A stretch of 64,000 nucleotides of DNA from a virus. The DNA lies in the IMG/VR virus record IMGVR_UViG_3300000976_000009, positions 205,151 through 269,150 of that record; one strand, given 5' to 3'. Under the pieces are notes generated by a model. The model was not told the DNA's origin. It was given only the letters and a program-made list of their open reading frames with translations, and did no database searches. The position numbers and the translations under genes were made by a program. Shown here one piece after another: positions 1 to 7,907 of this stretch (positions within the stretch are counted from its first letter, which is position 1; each line of letters opens with the position of its first letter).

Positions 1-60
1 AGACCTAAAGGTCCAACAATCCGTAAAGGTAAGAGGATTAGGTTAGAAAGTGAGGATGGT

Positions 61-531
61 ATGCCAATTGATTTGGGTAACCTACCTAAAGATTTACCAC
101 CAGAAATAATTGATTTGATTAAATCAATATCAGAAATTAAAGAAAGGGGTGCTAGTGTTGAGGATGAATTTAATTTAGGTGAACCAGATGAACATGAATC
201 TCATGATGAGGATGGTAATACTATTGATAAGAGTACTTGGAATACAGACTTTGGCTCAATCACTAGAATATCAATAGGGGGCGAATTCCCAATGGATATG
301 GACCCTTCCGATATTATAAATTCATTAAGGAATAAGTTTGGTTCTGGGTTACCTAATACATTTACTTCTTCCCCAGAAGAAGAATTACAAATAGCTTTAG
401 AAAATGAAGATTATTTGGAAGCTGCAAGATTAAGGGATATTATTTCAGATAAAAATAAAAAATCTGAAAAGCAAGAAAACATAGATAAAAAGGGCAACAC
501 AGAGGGGTCTATTTGGGATTTATTAGATTAA
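61..531 (+). CDS. hypothetical protein with C-terminal UvrB/UvrC (UVR) coiled-coil motif; may start upstream of the window
   Basis: EEELQIALENEDYLEAARLRDII matches the UVR motif; the reading frame is open from the window start. Confidence 0.6.
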   Translation: MPIDLGNLPKDLPPEIIDLIKSISEIKERGASVEDEFNLGEPDEHESHDEDGNTIDKSTWNTDFGSITRISIGGEFPMDMDPSDIINSLRNKFGSGLPNTFTSSPEEELQIALENEDYLEAARLRDIISDKNKKSEKQENIDKKGNTEGSIWDLLD

Positions 532-555
532 TTTAAAAAAAAATTCAAAAAAAGC

Positions 556-585
556 TTGCTAATTAAAAAACTTTTAGTATCTTTG
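556..585 (+). promoter_or_regulatory. Bacteroidota-type housekeeping promoter upstream of the tRNA array
   Basis: TTG (556-558) and TAtcTTTG (578-585), the -33/-7 consensus. Confidence 0.75.
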
Positions 586-693
586 TAATAGTTATTAACA
601 GTATACGCAAGGCGTGAAGCCTAGCGGAACGGGTATGTTATATCTAAAAGGTTCAGAAGAGATAATCTAATTATTTGAACATAGAAATTTAAC

Positions 694-725
694 AAACCCG
701 ATTCGTAACTGAGTCGGGTTTTTTT
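694..725 (+). terminator. intrinsic terminator in the tRNA-array leader
   Basis: aacccgattc-gtaact-gagtcgggtt hairpin followed by a T run. Confidence 0.8.
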
Positions 726-768
726 GTGTCCATAATTTACTAAGCGGGACCTTAATAAAAGTTTAGTT

Positions 769-780
769 GTTCTTTGACAT
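769..780 (+). promoter_or_regulatory. boxA-like antitermination element
   Basis: GTTCTTTGACAT resembles rrn boxA (TGCTCTTTAACA); 10 nt before the first tRNA. Confidence 0.6.
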
Positions 781-790
781 CGTGTAATAT

Positions 791-863
791 CTAGGTATGG
801 GAAAGTTGGTAATCCGCTTGCTTTGGGAGCAAGAGACCGCTGGTTCGAGTCCAGCTACTTAGA
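791..863 (+). tRNA. tRNA-Pro(TGG)
   Basis: ctaggta/tacttag acceptor, cttgc-tttggga-gcaag anticodon arm, GGTTCGAGTCC; no encoded CCA. Confidence 0.92.
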
Positions 864-903
864 CGAATTGGGTTAACACTAAACCAGTGAGGGAAGTGTA
901 ATA

Positions 904-977
904 CGGGGAGTGACCAAGGCTTTAGGCACGGGCTGTTTGGTGCAGTCAGTTGGTCGGTTCGATTCCGACCTCCCCGA
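904..977 (+). tRNA. atypical tRNA-Pro(TGG)
   Basis: cggggag/ctccccg-A acceptor, ggctg-tttggtg-cagtc, GTTCGATTC; non-canonical D region and T at position 37. Confidence 0.7.
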
Positions 978-981
978 CAAA

Positions 982-1052
982 GCTGGTTAATTAACATCGA
1001 GACTAGAATTTGAATTGGTTCTCGCCAAGACTTATAATAGGTTAATTGCCAG
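982..1052 (+). ncRNA. structured spacer between tRNAs (candidate ncRNA)
   Basis: gctgg-ttaattaac ... gttaatt-g-ccagc outer stem with inner cgaga...tctcg hairpin. Confidence 0.3.
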
Positions 1053-1063
1053 CACTAATACTA

Positions 1064-1137
1064 CGAGTGGTGACTAAGGTTTTAAGCACGGGGGCATTGG
1101 AAGCCTCAGTTAGTGGGTTCGATTCCCACCCATTCGA
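1064..1137 (+). tRNA. atypical tRNA-Pro(TGG)
   Basis: cgagtgg/ccattcg-A acceptor, ggggc-attggaa-gcctc; same odd D region as 904-977. Confidence 0.7.
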
Positions 1138-1140
1138 CAA

Positions 1141-1212
1141 CGAGAGGTCGTCTACCAGATAAGGCACCAGTCATTGGGACTGGAAAAGAAGGTTAAAGCC
1201 CTTCCCTCTCGA
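1141..1212 (+). tRNA. tRNA-like gene with Pro-type acceptor and distorted anticodon loop
   Basis: cgagagg/cctctcg-A, ccagt-cattggg-actgg, T-loop TTAAAGC. Confidence 0.5.
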
Positions 1213-1217
1213 CAACT

Positions 1218-1302
1218 GCGGAGATAGTATAATGGGTAACATACTAGTTATAGTACGCCAGCAATCCAGCTGGAAATGTGAGTTCGAATCTCGCTCTCCG
1301 CT
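1218..1302 (+). tRNA. atypical tRNA-Gly(TCC)-like
   Basis: gcggaga/tctccgc-T acceptor, extra gtaac/gttat hairpin in the D-loop, 6-nt anticodon loop aatcca. Confidence 0.6.
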
Positions 1303-1316
1303 CTAATAATTAACAC

Positions 1317-1387
1317 TGACCTATGGTGTAATGGTAGCATAAGAGTTTTTGGCACTCTTGGTCTAGGTTCGAACCCTAGTAGGTCAA
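1317..1387 (+). tRNA. tRNA-Gln(TTG)
   Basis: tgaccta/taggtca, agagt-ttttggc-actct, GGTTCGAACCC. Confidence 0.9.
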
Positions 1388-1394
1388 CAAATAT

Positions 1395-1479
1395 TGTGGT
1401 GTATGCAAATTGGCAAGCAGCCAGACTTTGAATCTGGTGTGGTATATCCCGACTGTAGGTTCGAACCCTACCACCATAA
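1395..1479 (+). tRNA. tRNA-Gln(TTG) with long variable region
   Basis: tgtggtg/caccata, ccaga-ctttgaa-tctgg, ~17-nt variable region. Confidence 0.8.
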
Positions 1480-1545
1480 CAATTATTTAATATGATTATA
1501 TTATACTTTTAAAAAAAAGAATGTACCTTTGCAAAAATTTTAGTT

Positions 1546-1836
1546 ATGATTAAGAAAGAAATTAAAGTATTAGATACGGTAACAACACCATCAGAGATAG
1601 CCCAACACGCATTGGTTAATTTCTTATATGGTCTATTAAATGGTTTAGTTATCATTACCATGATTCTTGGTAACCCTTGGTTGATATTATGTGCCTATTA
1701 CATATTGAAACAAGTAGAGAGTAAAATTTTAAATAGGAACAAATATACCAGTAAGTTTGGAAAGAGGTATTTATTTCCAATTCCTAGTACATTAGGATTT
1801 TTATTAGGTTGGTATATTGGAACTTTCTTTAAATAG
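1546..1836 (+). CDS. small membrane protein inside the tRNA array
   Basis: hydrophobic segments; TAccTTTG promoter at 1524-1531. Confidence 0.6.
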   Translation: MIKKEIKVLDTVTTPSEIAQHALVNFLYGLLNGLVIITMILGNPWLILCAYYILKQVESKILNRNKYTSKFGKRYLFPIPSTLGFLLGWYIGTFFK

Positions 1837-1844
1837 AAAGACAA

Positions 1845-1908
1845 CGAGTAAATGATTGTGTGACCCTAATGCATTAGGAGCTATAAGGTTTGATTCCTTT
1901 CTACTCGA
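1845..1908 (+). ncRNA. D-armless tRNA-like element
   Basis: cgagta/tactcg-A acceptor, cctaat-gc-attagg palindromic hairpin, aagg-tttgatt-cctt T-like arm. Confidence 0.45.
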
Positions 1909-1911
1909 CAA

Positions 1912-1976
1912 AGAATGATTACAGCAAATGTAACAACGACCAAACTTTTAATTTGATAAACGTAAAAAATCATTCT
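1912..1976 (+). ncRNA. stem-enclosed element presenting a Lys(TTT)-like anticodon loop
   Basis: agaatgatt/aatcattct closing stem, ACAGCAA, caaa-cttttaa-tttg hairpin. Confidence 0.45.
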
Positions 1977-1982
1977 GTATTT

Positions 1983-2064
1983 GGGTGTCTATGCAAATGG
2001 CGAAGCAAGCGAGTTGTAACCTCGTGACATAGAAACATTGGGGGTTCGAATCCCTCGGCACCCA
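1983..2064 (+). tRNA. tRNA-Tyr(GTA)
   Basis: gggtgtc/ggcaccc-A, gcgag-ttgtaac-ctcgt, long variable arm. Confidence 0.9.
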
Positions 2065-2109
2065 CACAATTTGGTTAGCACTAGACAAAATGAACTAGGA
2101 AGTGCAATT

Positions 2110-2191
2110 GGGGGTATTGAGCAATTGGCTGCTCAGCAGACTGTAAATCTGTCGCTTCACGGCATTGGGGGTTCGAATCCCTCTACCCCCA
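2110..2191 (+). tRNA. tRNA-Tyr(GTA)
   Basis: gggggta/taccccc-A, gcaga-ctgtaaa-tctgt, long variable arm. Confidence 0.93.
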
Positions 2192-2196
2192 CAATA

Positions 2197-2295
2197 AGTG
2201 GGATATACATGCAGCAATGTTTGGATTACGCCTAGTACAGATTAATTATCTGTTGATGAAAGGATATAAACGAGAGGTTCCTTTTAAGTCCCACT
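2197..2295 (+). ncRNA. candidate structured RNA
   Basis: agtggga/tcccact closing stem, GCAGCAA near the 5' end, acagat/atctgt and aaagga/tccttt hairpins. Confidence 0.35.
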
Positions 2296-2308
2296 GACGT
2301 TATTATAT

Positions 2309-2393
2309 GCCTATGTCCCATAGTGGTCGATTGGAACGGTTTTGTAAGCCGTAGGTGAAATTCCCACCGTTGGTTCGAATCCAACCATAGGCT
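2309..2393 (+). tRNA. tRNA-Thr(TGT) with long variable arm
   Basis: gcctatg/cataggc, acggt-tttgtaa-gccgt, ggtg...cacc variable stem. Confidence 0.85.
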
Positions 2394-2399
2394 CAAAAT

Positions 2400-2471
2400 G
2401 CTCTTTTAGTATAATGGCTATTATACGTCCTTGGTAGGGATGGGATTCCAGTTCGATTCTGGGAAAGAGCT
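2400..2471 (+). tRNA. tRNA-Thr(GGT)
   Basis: gctcttt/aaagagc, cgtcc-ttggtag-ggatg. Confidence 0.9.
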
Positions 2472-2479
2472 CAAAATTT

Positions 2480-2551
2480 GCCACCTAAGCATTTAGGGAT
2501 GATGTATGCTCTTGTAAAGCATGGAACGCAGTTCGATTCTGCGATGTGGCT
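2480..2551 (+). tRNA. tRNA-Thr(TGT)
   Basis: gccacct/atgtggc, atgct-cttgtaa-agcat, GTTCGATTC. Confidence 0.8.
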
Positions 2552-2561
2552 CAAATAAAAT

Positions 2562-2634
2562 GCGAGATGTAGCTTAATGGCTGAAAGCGTCTGCCTTCCA
2601 AGCAGAAGACGGGGTTCGATTCCCACATTTCGCT
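2562..2634 (+). tRNA. tRNA-Gly(TCC)
   Basis: gcgagat/atttcgc-T, tctgc-cttccaa-gcaga. Confidence 0.92.
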
Positions 2635-2642
2635 CAATACAT

Positions 2643-2714
2643 GCAGTATTGGTGTTAACGGTAGCACATGGGCCTTCCAAGTCCGAGGTGTGGGTTCGAA
2701 TCCCATGTACTGCA
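2643..2714 (+). tRNA. tRNA-Gly(TCC), A73 discriminator
   Basis: gcagtat/gtactgc-A, tgggc-cttccaa-gtccg. Confidence 0.85.
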
Positions 2715-2718
2715 CATA

Positions 2719-2803
2719 CTGGTTTTCGTCACCGATTTACCGTTAGGACCCATCGTGGGTTAACAGAATACAAATGAGGTGTGACAGGTGTGGAGAGACA
2801 CAC
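2719..2803 (+). ncRNA. candidate structured RNA between Gly tRNAs
   Basis: gtcac...gtgac pairing, accca-tcg-tgggt hairpin, gtgtg-gagaga-cacac hairpin. Confidence 0.35.
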
Positions 2804-2808
2804 AAAAT

Positions 2809-2880
2809 GCAGTAGTCGTATAGTGGCTATTACACCGCATTACCAATGCGGAGACGACAGTTCGATTCTGTTCTACTGCT
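2809..2880 (+). tRNA. tRNA-Gly(ACC)
   Basis: gcagtag/ctactgc-T, ccgca-ttaccaa-tgcgg. Confidence 0.88.
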
Positions 2881-2945
2881 CAAACTATTTTAGACTATAA
2901 CACACCCTTTACCTTGGTCTATGATATTTATTAATAAATGAAAAT

Positions 2946-3326
2946 ATGGGATTAACAAATATAAAGGGTGATATCGCTGAACTAGCGGTGGCAAAACGAT
3001 TTTTAGAATTAGGATATTGGGTTTCATTACCTTTTGGTGATGATGCACCTTATGATTTAATTATTGATAAAAATGGTGTATTTAAACGAGTACAAGTTAA
3101 ATATATTAAACCATATAATGATACTATTAAATTTAGAATGCTATCAAATAGTGGTAGGGATTATAGAAAAACAGTTGATATTATGGTTGGATATAATAGT
3201 GATAATGGTGATTGTTATCTAATAGATATGTCGGATGATATATCGGAGACATTATCATTAAAACTAAATAAACCAAAAAATAATCAGACTAAAGGAATTA
3301 ATTTAGCTGAAAATTATAAATTATAA
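2946..3326 (+). mobile_element. PD-(D/E)XK homing endonuclease (group I intron-associated family), apparently free-standing
   Basis: KGDIAE...PYDLIID...RVQVK motif. Confidence 0.85.
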
Positions 3327-3328
3327 AT

Positions 3329-3498
3329 GAGTATGCTTGCCCTTGTAGTGAAAGGGTAGCCCCACGTAAGGGGTGTGCTAATAAAGCTGAGGACTGAAAA
3401 GCAAAAATCTACTAAGTACGTATTAGGTAGGTTGGATTAAATTAGGTGACAGATGCCGATTTCCATCGGGTCTTGAGGTGCAAATCCCCACATGCTCA
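3329..3498 (+). ncRNA. ~170-nt RNA with tRNA-like acceptor and T-arm and a multi-hairpin interior
   Basis: gagtatg/catgctc-A stem, tgagg-tgcaaat-cccca T-like arm, four internal hairpins. Confidence 0.55.
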
Positions 3499-3502
3499 CT
3501 AT

Positions 3503-3612
3503 GGCTAAAACAAGTCGGTTGTATTTTATATTATGGTATATAATATAAAGTGATAGAATGATATGGGTGTTACAGTATCAACTATTATGGGGTTCGACTC
3601 CCCGCTTAGCCA
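3503..3612 (+). ncRNA. ~110-nt tRNA-like RNA lacking canonical D and anticodon arms
   Basis: ggctaa/ttagcc-A stem, gggg-TTCGACT-cccc T-arm, two AT-rich internal hairpins. Confidence 0.6.
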
Positions 3613-3648
3613 CTAAAATAAAATTATAAACAATTAAAAATAAAAACG

Positions 3649-3690
3649 ATGAAAACTTTATTGAAACTTAAACACAAGTGTAAACAGTAA
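3649..3690 (+). other. Lys-rich 13-codon mini-ORF MKTLLKLKHKCKQ followed by a hairpin
   Basis: A-rich initiation region, ATG..TAA, then agcattcg/cggatgct stem at 3691-3719. Confidence 0.4.
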
Positions 3691-3733
3691 AGCATTCGGC
3701 TCATAGAGTTACGGATGCTAATAAGAAAATTAT

Positions 3734-3809
3734 GCCTCCGTAGCTCAACTGGTTTTAGAGCACTCGACTTTTAATCGAGGGGTTCTGGGTTCGAGTCCCA
3801 GCGGGGGTA
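3734..3809 (+). tRNA. tRNA-Lys(TTT)
   Basis: canonical cloverleaf, ctcga-cttttaa-tcgag. Confidence 0.95.
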
Positions 3810-3815
3810 CTAATT

Positions 3816-3889
3816 GCACCTCTAGCAATCGTGGGATAGCAACTGGCTTTTAACCAGTACGGAGAAGGGTTCGACTCCCTTGGGGTGCA
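3816..3889 (+). tRNA. tRNA-Lys(TTT)
   Basis: gcacctc/ggggtgc-A, actgg-cttttaa-ccagt; weak D stem. Confidence 0.85.
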
Positions 3890-3895
3890 CAATAT

Positions 3896-3969
3896 GCCTT
3901 CGTAGCAATTGTGGAAAAGCGACTGACTCTTAATCAGTATGGAAATGGGTTCGACTCCCATCGGGGGTA
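3896..3969 (+). tRNA. tRNA-Lys(CTT)
   Basis: gccttcg/cgggggt-A, actga-ctcttaa-tcagt; weak D stem. Confidence 0.85.
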
Positions 3970-4333
3970 CTAATTAAAACCTAGTACTATGAATATAAGA
4001 AATATAGAAAGAAGATTATTAGAAGCGTATTCTGATGATTATAGAAGAATCTGGGTACAATACACCCAACTCAGCAAAAGAAGGTCTGAGTACAGAGTTT
4101 GCCTAACTCTATTCCCAATTACGGGACAATACACGATGTTATTTAGCGGAACTATTAATACAATAGATTACGATACTGTTTCAAAAGTAATTGAAAACAG
4201 TAGGGGCTCTTAATTTAAATTATTTTTTAGATAGTGGTTAAAAATTAAATGAATTATTATAAATAAAAAAATATTCATACTAATTATATGAATTATTAAT
4301 TTAATTTACTATCTTTGTAAAAAAAAGATAAAT

Positions 4334-4882
4334 ATGAGTACTAAAGACAAACTTAGAAAAGGATTAATTTCAGAAGAAGTTGAAACAACCAATATTGCGA
4401 AAATCGGTGATTACATTGTTAAAAATCCGACTGGTGAAGAATATGTTTTAACTAAGGATAAATTCATTAAAAATTATATTAATGAACCATTTAATTCAGA
4501 AGATGATAATGGTTATTGTGAATATAAAAATAAGGCAGAAACTAGAAATATTGTTATAATTGATGAAAAAATTTCATCTGAATTATTAGTGAAATTTGGT
4601 GATAAAACTCCATCTCAGTCAACTTTCTTTGACTTTATGTCAAAGTATGATACAATTAAGGCAGAAAAAGATGTGATAGTAAAGGCAAGGGTTGCTAAAG
4701 TTGAGGAAACTGTAATTACAAAAACTAGAAAAGAAAATGATTCTGGTATAATTATTAAATTTGGTGCACCTTGGGGTGGTGATATGATTTTGAAAAAAAA
4801 TGATATCATTGTTATAATGAGTGATGAGGTTTACAGAATTGGTAAGTATGAATTTGATAACACATACGTAATAAAAAAATAA
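4334..4882 (+). CDS. PGDYG-like domain protein
   Basis: AKIGDYIVKNPTGEEY and APWGGDM...EVYRI...F motifs. Confidence 0.45.
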   Translation: MSTKDKLRKGLISEEVETTNIAKIGDYIVKNPTGEEYVLTKDKFIKNYINEPFNSEDDNGYCEYKNKAETRNIVIIDEKISSELLVKFGDKTPSQSTFFDFMSKYDTIKAEKDVIVKARVAKVEETVITKTRKENDSGIIIKFGAPWGGDMILKKNDIIVIMSDEVYRIGKYEFDNTYVIKK

Positions 4883-5831
4883 TATTTTACGTTTATATAA
4901 ACCAGCATTGGGTTTAATTTTTAAGACACATTATAATTATGAAAGATTTTATAGATGGATAAATTTGAAGGTGAATCATATTGGCTTGATAAGTTAAGTG
5001 ATATTGAAAGAGAAGAATTAATTTCAATATGTGGATTAGATTCACGTAATGTACACCATGATTCATTCGCTTCTTATATTGTGTTTAAATTTAAGCATCT
5101 AAATAATATCCCACAAGGTGCTTTGATGAAGTGGACCAATATTATTGAACGAATATCAGCTAACTTAAATAAAGATTATAATACTGAAATTGAATATAAA
5201 ATTAAATCAGCATCATTTGATAATTCGGTAGATTATAAACCAATGGTTGATACATTAGAACCTAATAAATATTTTGAGATAGGATATTATAGGGGTCAAA
5301 AAGATTTAATTAAAATACTTTTAGATAGTGGTTTAATTAGTGGTGAAAAATTAAATGAATTATTGTGAAAAAGAAATTAGTTGAAATATTTATTGCAATT
5401 GATGGTACAAAGTTTTTTAATTCTGATTCATGTATCTTATATGAAAACAAATTAAAAACAGAATTAGAAAATAAATTAGCTGATACTATAATAATTGAGC
5501 AAGTAAATCTTCTTAGTTCTAAGATAAGTTTGATTAAAGATATTGAATACTTTAAAGATATTGATGAGATTAATGGTTTTATTATTAACTTAAATAAAGT
5601 TTCAGCGTTAATACATAAAAAAGGTGGATTAAATGGTGGTGCAAATATTATTATATATCCAGAAAATAAAAATCATTTAATATTAGGTTTACCTAATACT
5701 AGATATAAATGCATATCTTTTAATAAAACATTGGATGATAAATACATTTATATCCTTAATAGTAATTTACTGAATATTGAAACACCAAAAAAGAAAGACT
5801 TAAACATGATTGGTTTAATCAAATTATAGTT

Positions 5832-7424
5832 ATGGAGGATTTTATTGATGAAATGGTAAACGATGGTGATAAAGTTATTACCCGTTTCCCACCAGAACCA
5901 AACGGTTACCTCCATTTAGGACATGTTAAGTCCATAGTGAAGAATTTTGGTATGGCAGAAAAATACGGTGGTACATGTAATCTTAGATTTGATGATACAA
6001 ATCCAACAGCTGAAAAGACGGAATATGTAGAAGCTATTAAGAATGATTTGGCTTGGCTTGGGTATACACCATCCGAAACTAATTATACTTCAAACTATTT
6101 CAATTTTTTATATAAAATAGCATTAACATTGATAGATGAAGGGTTAGCTTACGTTTGTGAATTAACTCCAGAAGAAATTGCTATTAATATTGGTACAACC
6201 ACTAAAGTTGGGGTAAATAGCCCATATAGAAATAGAAGTGTGGAAGAAAACCATGAGTTATTTCACAATATGTTTAAAGGTTATGTAAATGAAGGTGAAA
6301 TGACACTAAGGGCTAAAATAGATATGTCACATCCAAACATGCATATGCGTGACCCAATAATATATAGAATATGTTGGGATAAACACCATAATACGGGTTA
6401 CGATTGGGGGATATATCCAATGTATGATTTTGCACATGTGTTTTCTGATTATATTGAAGGTATTACACACTCATTATGTACACTTGAATTTGAAGTGCAT
6501 AGACCATTATACAATTGGTTCTTAGAACACATTGATTTAGAAGGTATGAATGTACCAAGACAAATTGAGTTCGCAAGACTTAACTTATCTCACACAATTA
6601 TGAGTAAGCGTAAGTTAAAGACTCTTGTTGACGAAGGTATTGTAGATGGTTGGGATGACCCAAGATTACCAACAATAGCTGGTATGAGAAATAGAGGGAT
6701 TCCAGCAGAAGCATTAAGAGATTTTTGTGAGATGATTGGGGTGTCAAAACGTGAAAGTCTTATTGAGATTTCAATGCTTGATAAATGTACTAGAGATGTT
6801 CTTAATAGAACTTCAAACAGACGTATGGTTGTGTTCGACCCAATTAAGGTAACAATTACCAATTGGGAAGGTAATGAAGAGTGGCTAACAGCTGACGTTA
6901 ACCCAGAGAATAAAGATGCTGGTGTTAGGATGGTTAATTTTGGTAAGAATCTTTTAATTGAAAGAGAAGATTTTATGGAAGATGCCCCAAAGAAGTTCTT
7001 TAGGCTATCTTTAGGTAAAGAAGTTAGATTCAAATATGGATATTATGTTACTTGTCATGAGGTGATTAAGGATGCTGATGGAAATGTAATTGAATTACTT
7101 TGTACTTACGACCCAGAAACTAGGGGTGGGTGGATTGAAGGTAGAAAGGTAAAAGGTACAATTCATTGGGTCAATGCTGATAATAACCACCCAGTTAAAA
7201 CATATCTTTACGATAGGTTATTTACTACAGAAGTACCAACAGATGATTTCTTAAATGAAATTAATCCTAATTCAATTAGTGAATCTTTTGGTTATATGGA
7301 AGCTGCTGGACCACATGCTTTAGATAAGTCCTTACAATTCGAAAGAAATGGATATTACCATATGGATAGTAATGGTGACTGGAACCGAACTCTTCCAATG
7401 AGAGATGGTTATAAAAAGAAATAA
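5832..7424 (+). CDS. glnS: glutaminyl-tRNA synthetase
   Basis: TRFPPEPNGYLHLGH, RFDDTNP, YPMYDFAH, THSLCTLEF, MSKRK. Confidence 0.97.
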   Translation: MEDFIDEMVNDGDKVITRFPPEPNGYLHLGHVKSIVKNFGMAEKYGGTCNLRFDDTNPTAEKTEYVEAIKNDLAWLGYTPSETNYTSNYFNFLYKIALTLIDEGLAYVCELTPEEIAINIGTTTKVGVNSPYRNRSVEENHELFHNMFKGYVNEGEMTLRAKIDMSHPNMHMRDPIIYRICWDKHHNTGYDWGIYPMYDFAHVFSDYIEGITHSLCTLEFEVHRPLYNWFLEHIDLEGMNVPRQIEFARLNLSHTIMSKRKLKTLVDEGIVDGWDDPRLPTIAGMRNRGIPAEALRDFCEMIGVSKRESLIEISMLDKCTRDVLNRTSNRRMVVFDPIKVTITNWEGNEEWLTADVNPENKDAGVRMVNFGKNLLIEREDFMEDAPKKFFRLSLGKEVRFKYGYYVTCHEVIKDADGNVIELLCTYDPETRGGWIEGRKVKGTIHWVNADNNHPVKTYLYDRLFTTEVPTDDFLNEINPNSISESFGYMEAAGPHALDKSLQFERNGYYHMDSNGDWNRTLPMRDGYKKK

Positions 7425-7872
7425 TTATGGGGTTTAAATTGAGTAAAAATATTAGGAAATCTATTGATAATAATGGTAAAGAAAGTAATCGTTGGATTGG
7501 TGAACTATTATTGAATAATAAAATAATTAGTACAACCAGTGATTATGATTCACCAAGTGGTGCTGAGTGGATTATAGATAATCAATTAATTAAAGATTTG
7601 CAAAAAAGTATTAGTATTTTTTATTTTAAAAATGAATTAAATAATTAATATGTTATCATTAAATGGTGGATATAGTAAGTCATTACATAATGAAGTTATG
7701 ATTTATTGTAATAATAATAATTTAAGTGTTGATTATTTATCATATTTAGGTGATTCATATCATTTCAATATTAGTGGAGAATTTGATAATATTGGGGCAT
7801 TAGCAAATTACATCCATAAGTTAGAGTGGAAACGAATAGACTATAGAAAGTCCAAAAGTTTTTGGTGGAGAA

Positions 7873-7904
7873 TTTGGAATTAATGAATTATTTAAGTATA
7901 TTTG
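7873..7904 (+). promoter_or_regulatory. promoter of the RNase P RNA
   Basis: TTTGG (7873-7877) and TAtaTTTG (7897-7904); predicted start coincides with helix P1. Confidence 0.75.
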
Positions 7905-7907
7905 TAC

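Noticed and set aside
2881-3500. Group I intron around the PD-(D/E)XK endonuclease
   Set aside because: The upstream tRNA is complete, and no P7 core or split exon could be identified
791-3961. Short ORFs listed over the tRNA array (791-997, 2038-2235, 2471-2680, 2577-2777, 3755-3961)
   Set aside because: They overlap clear tRNA cloverleafs and are shadow ORFs
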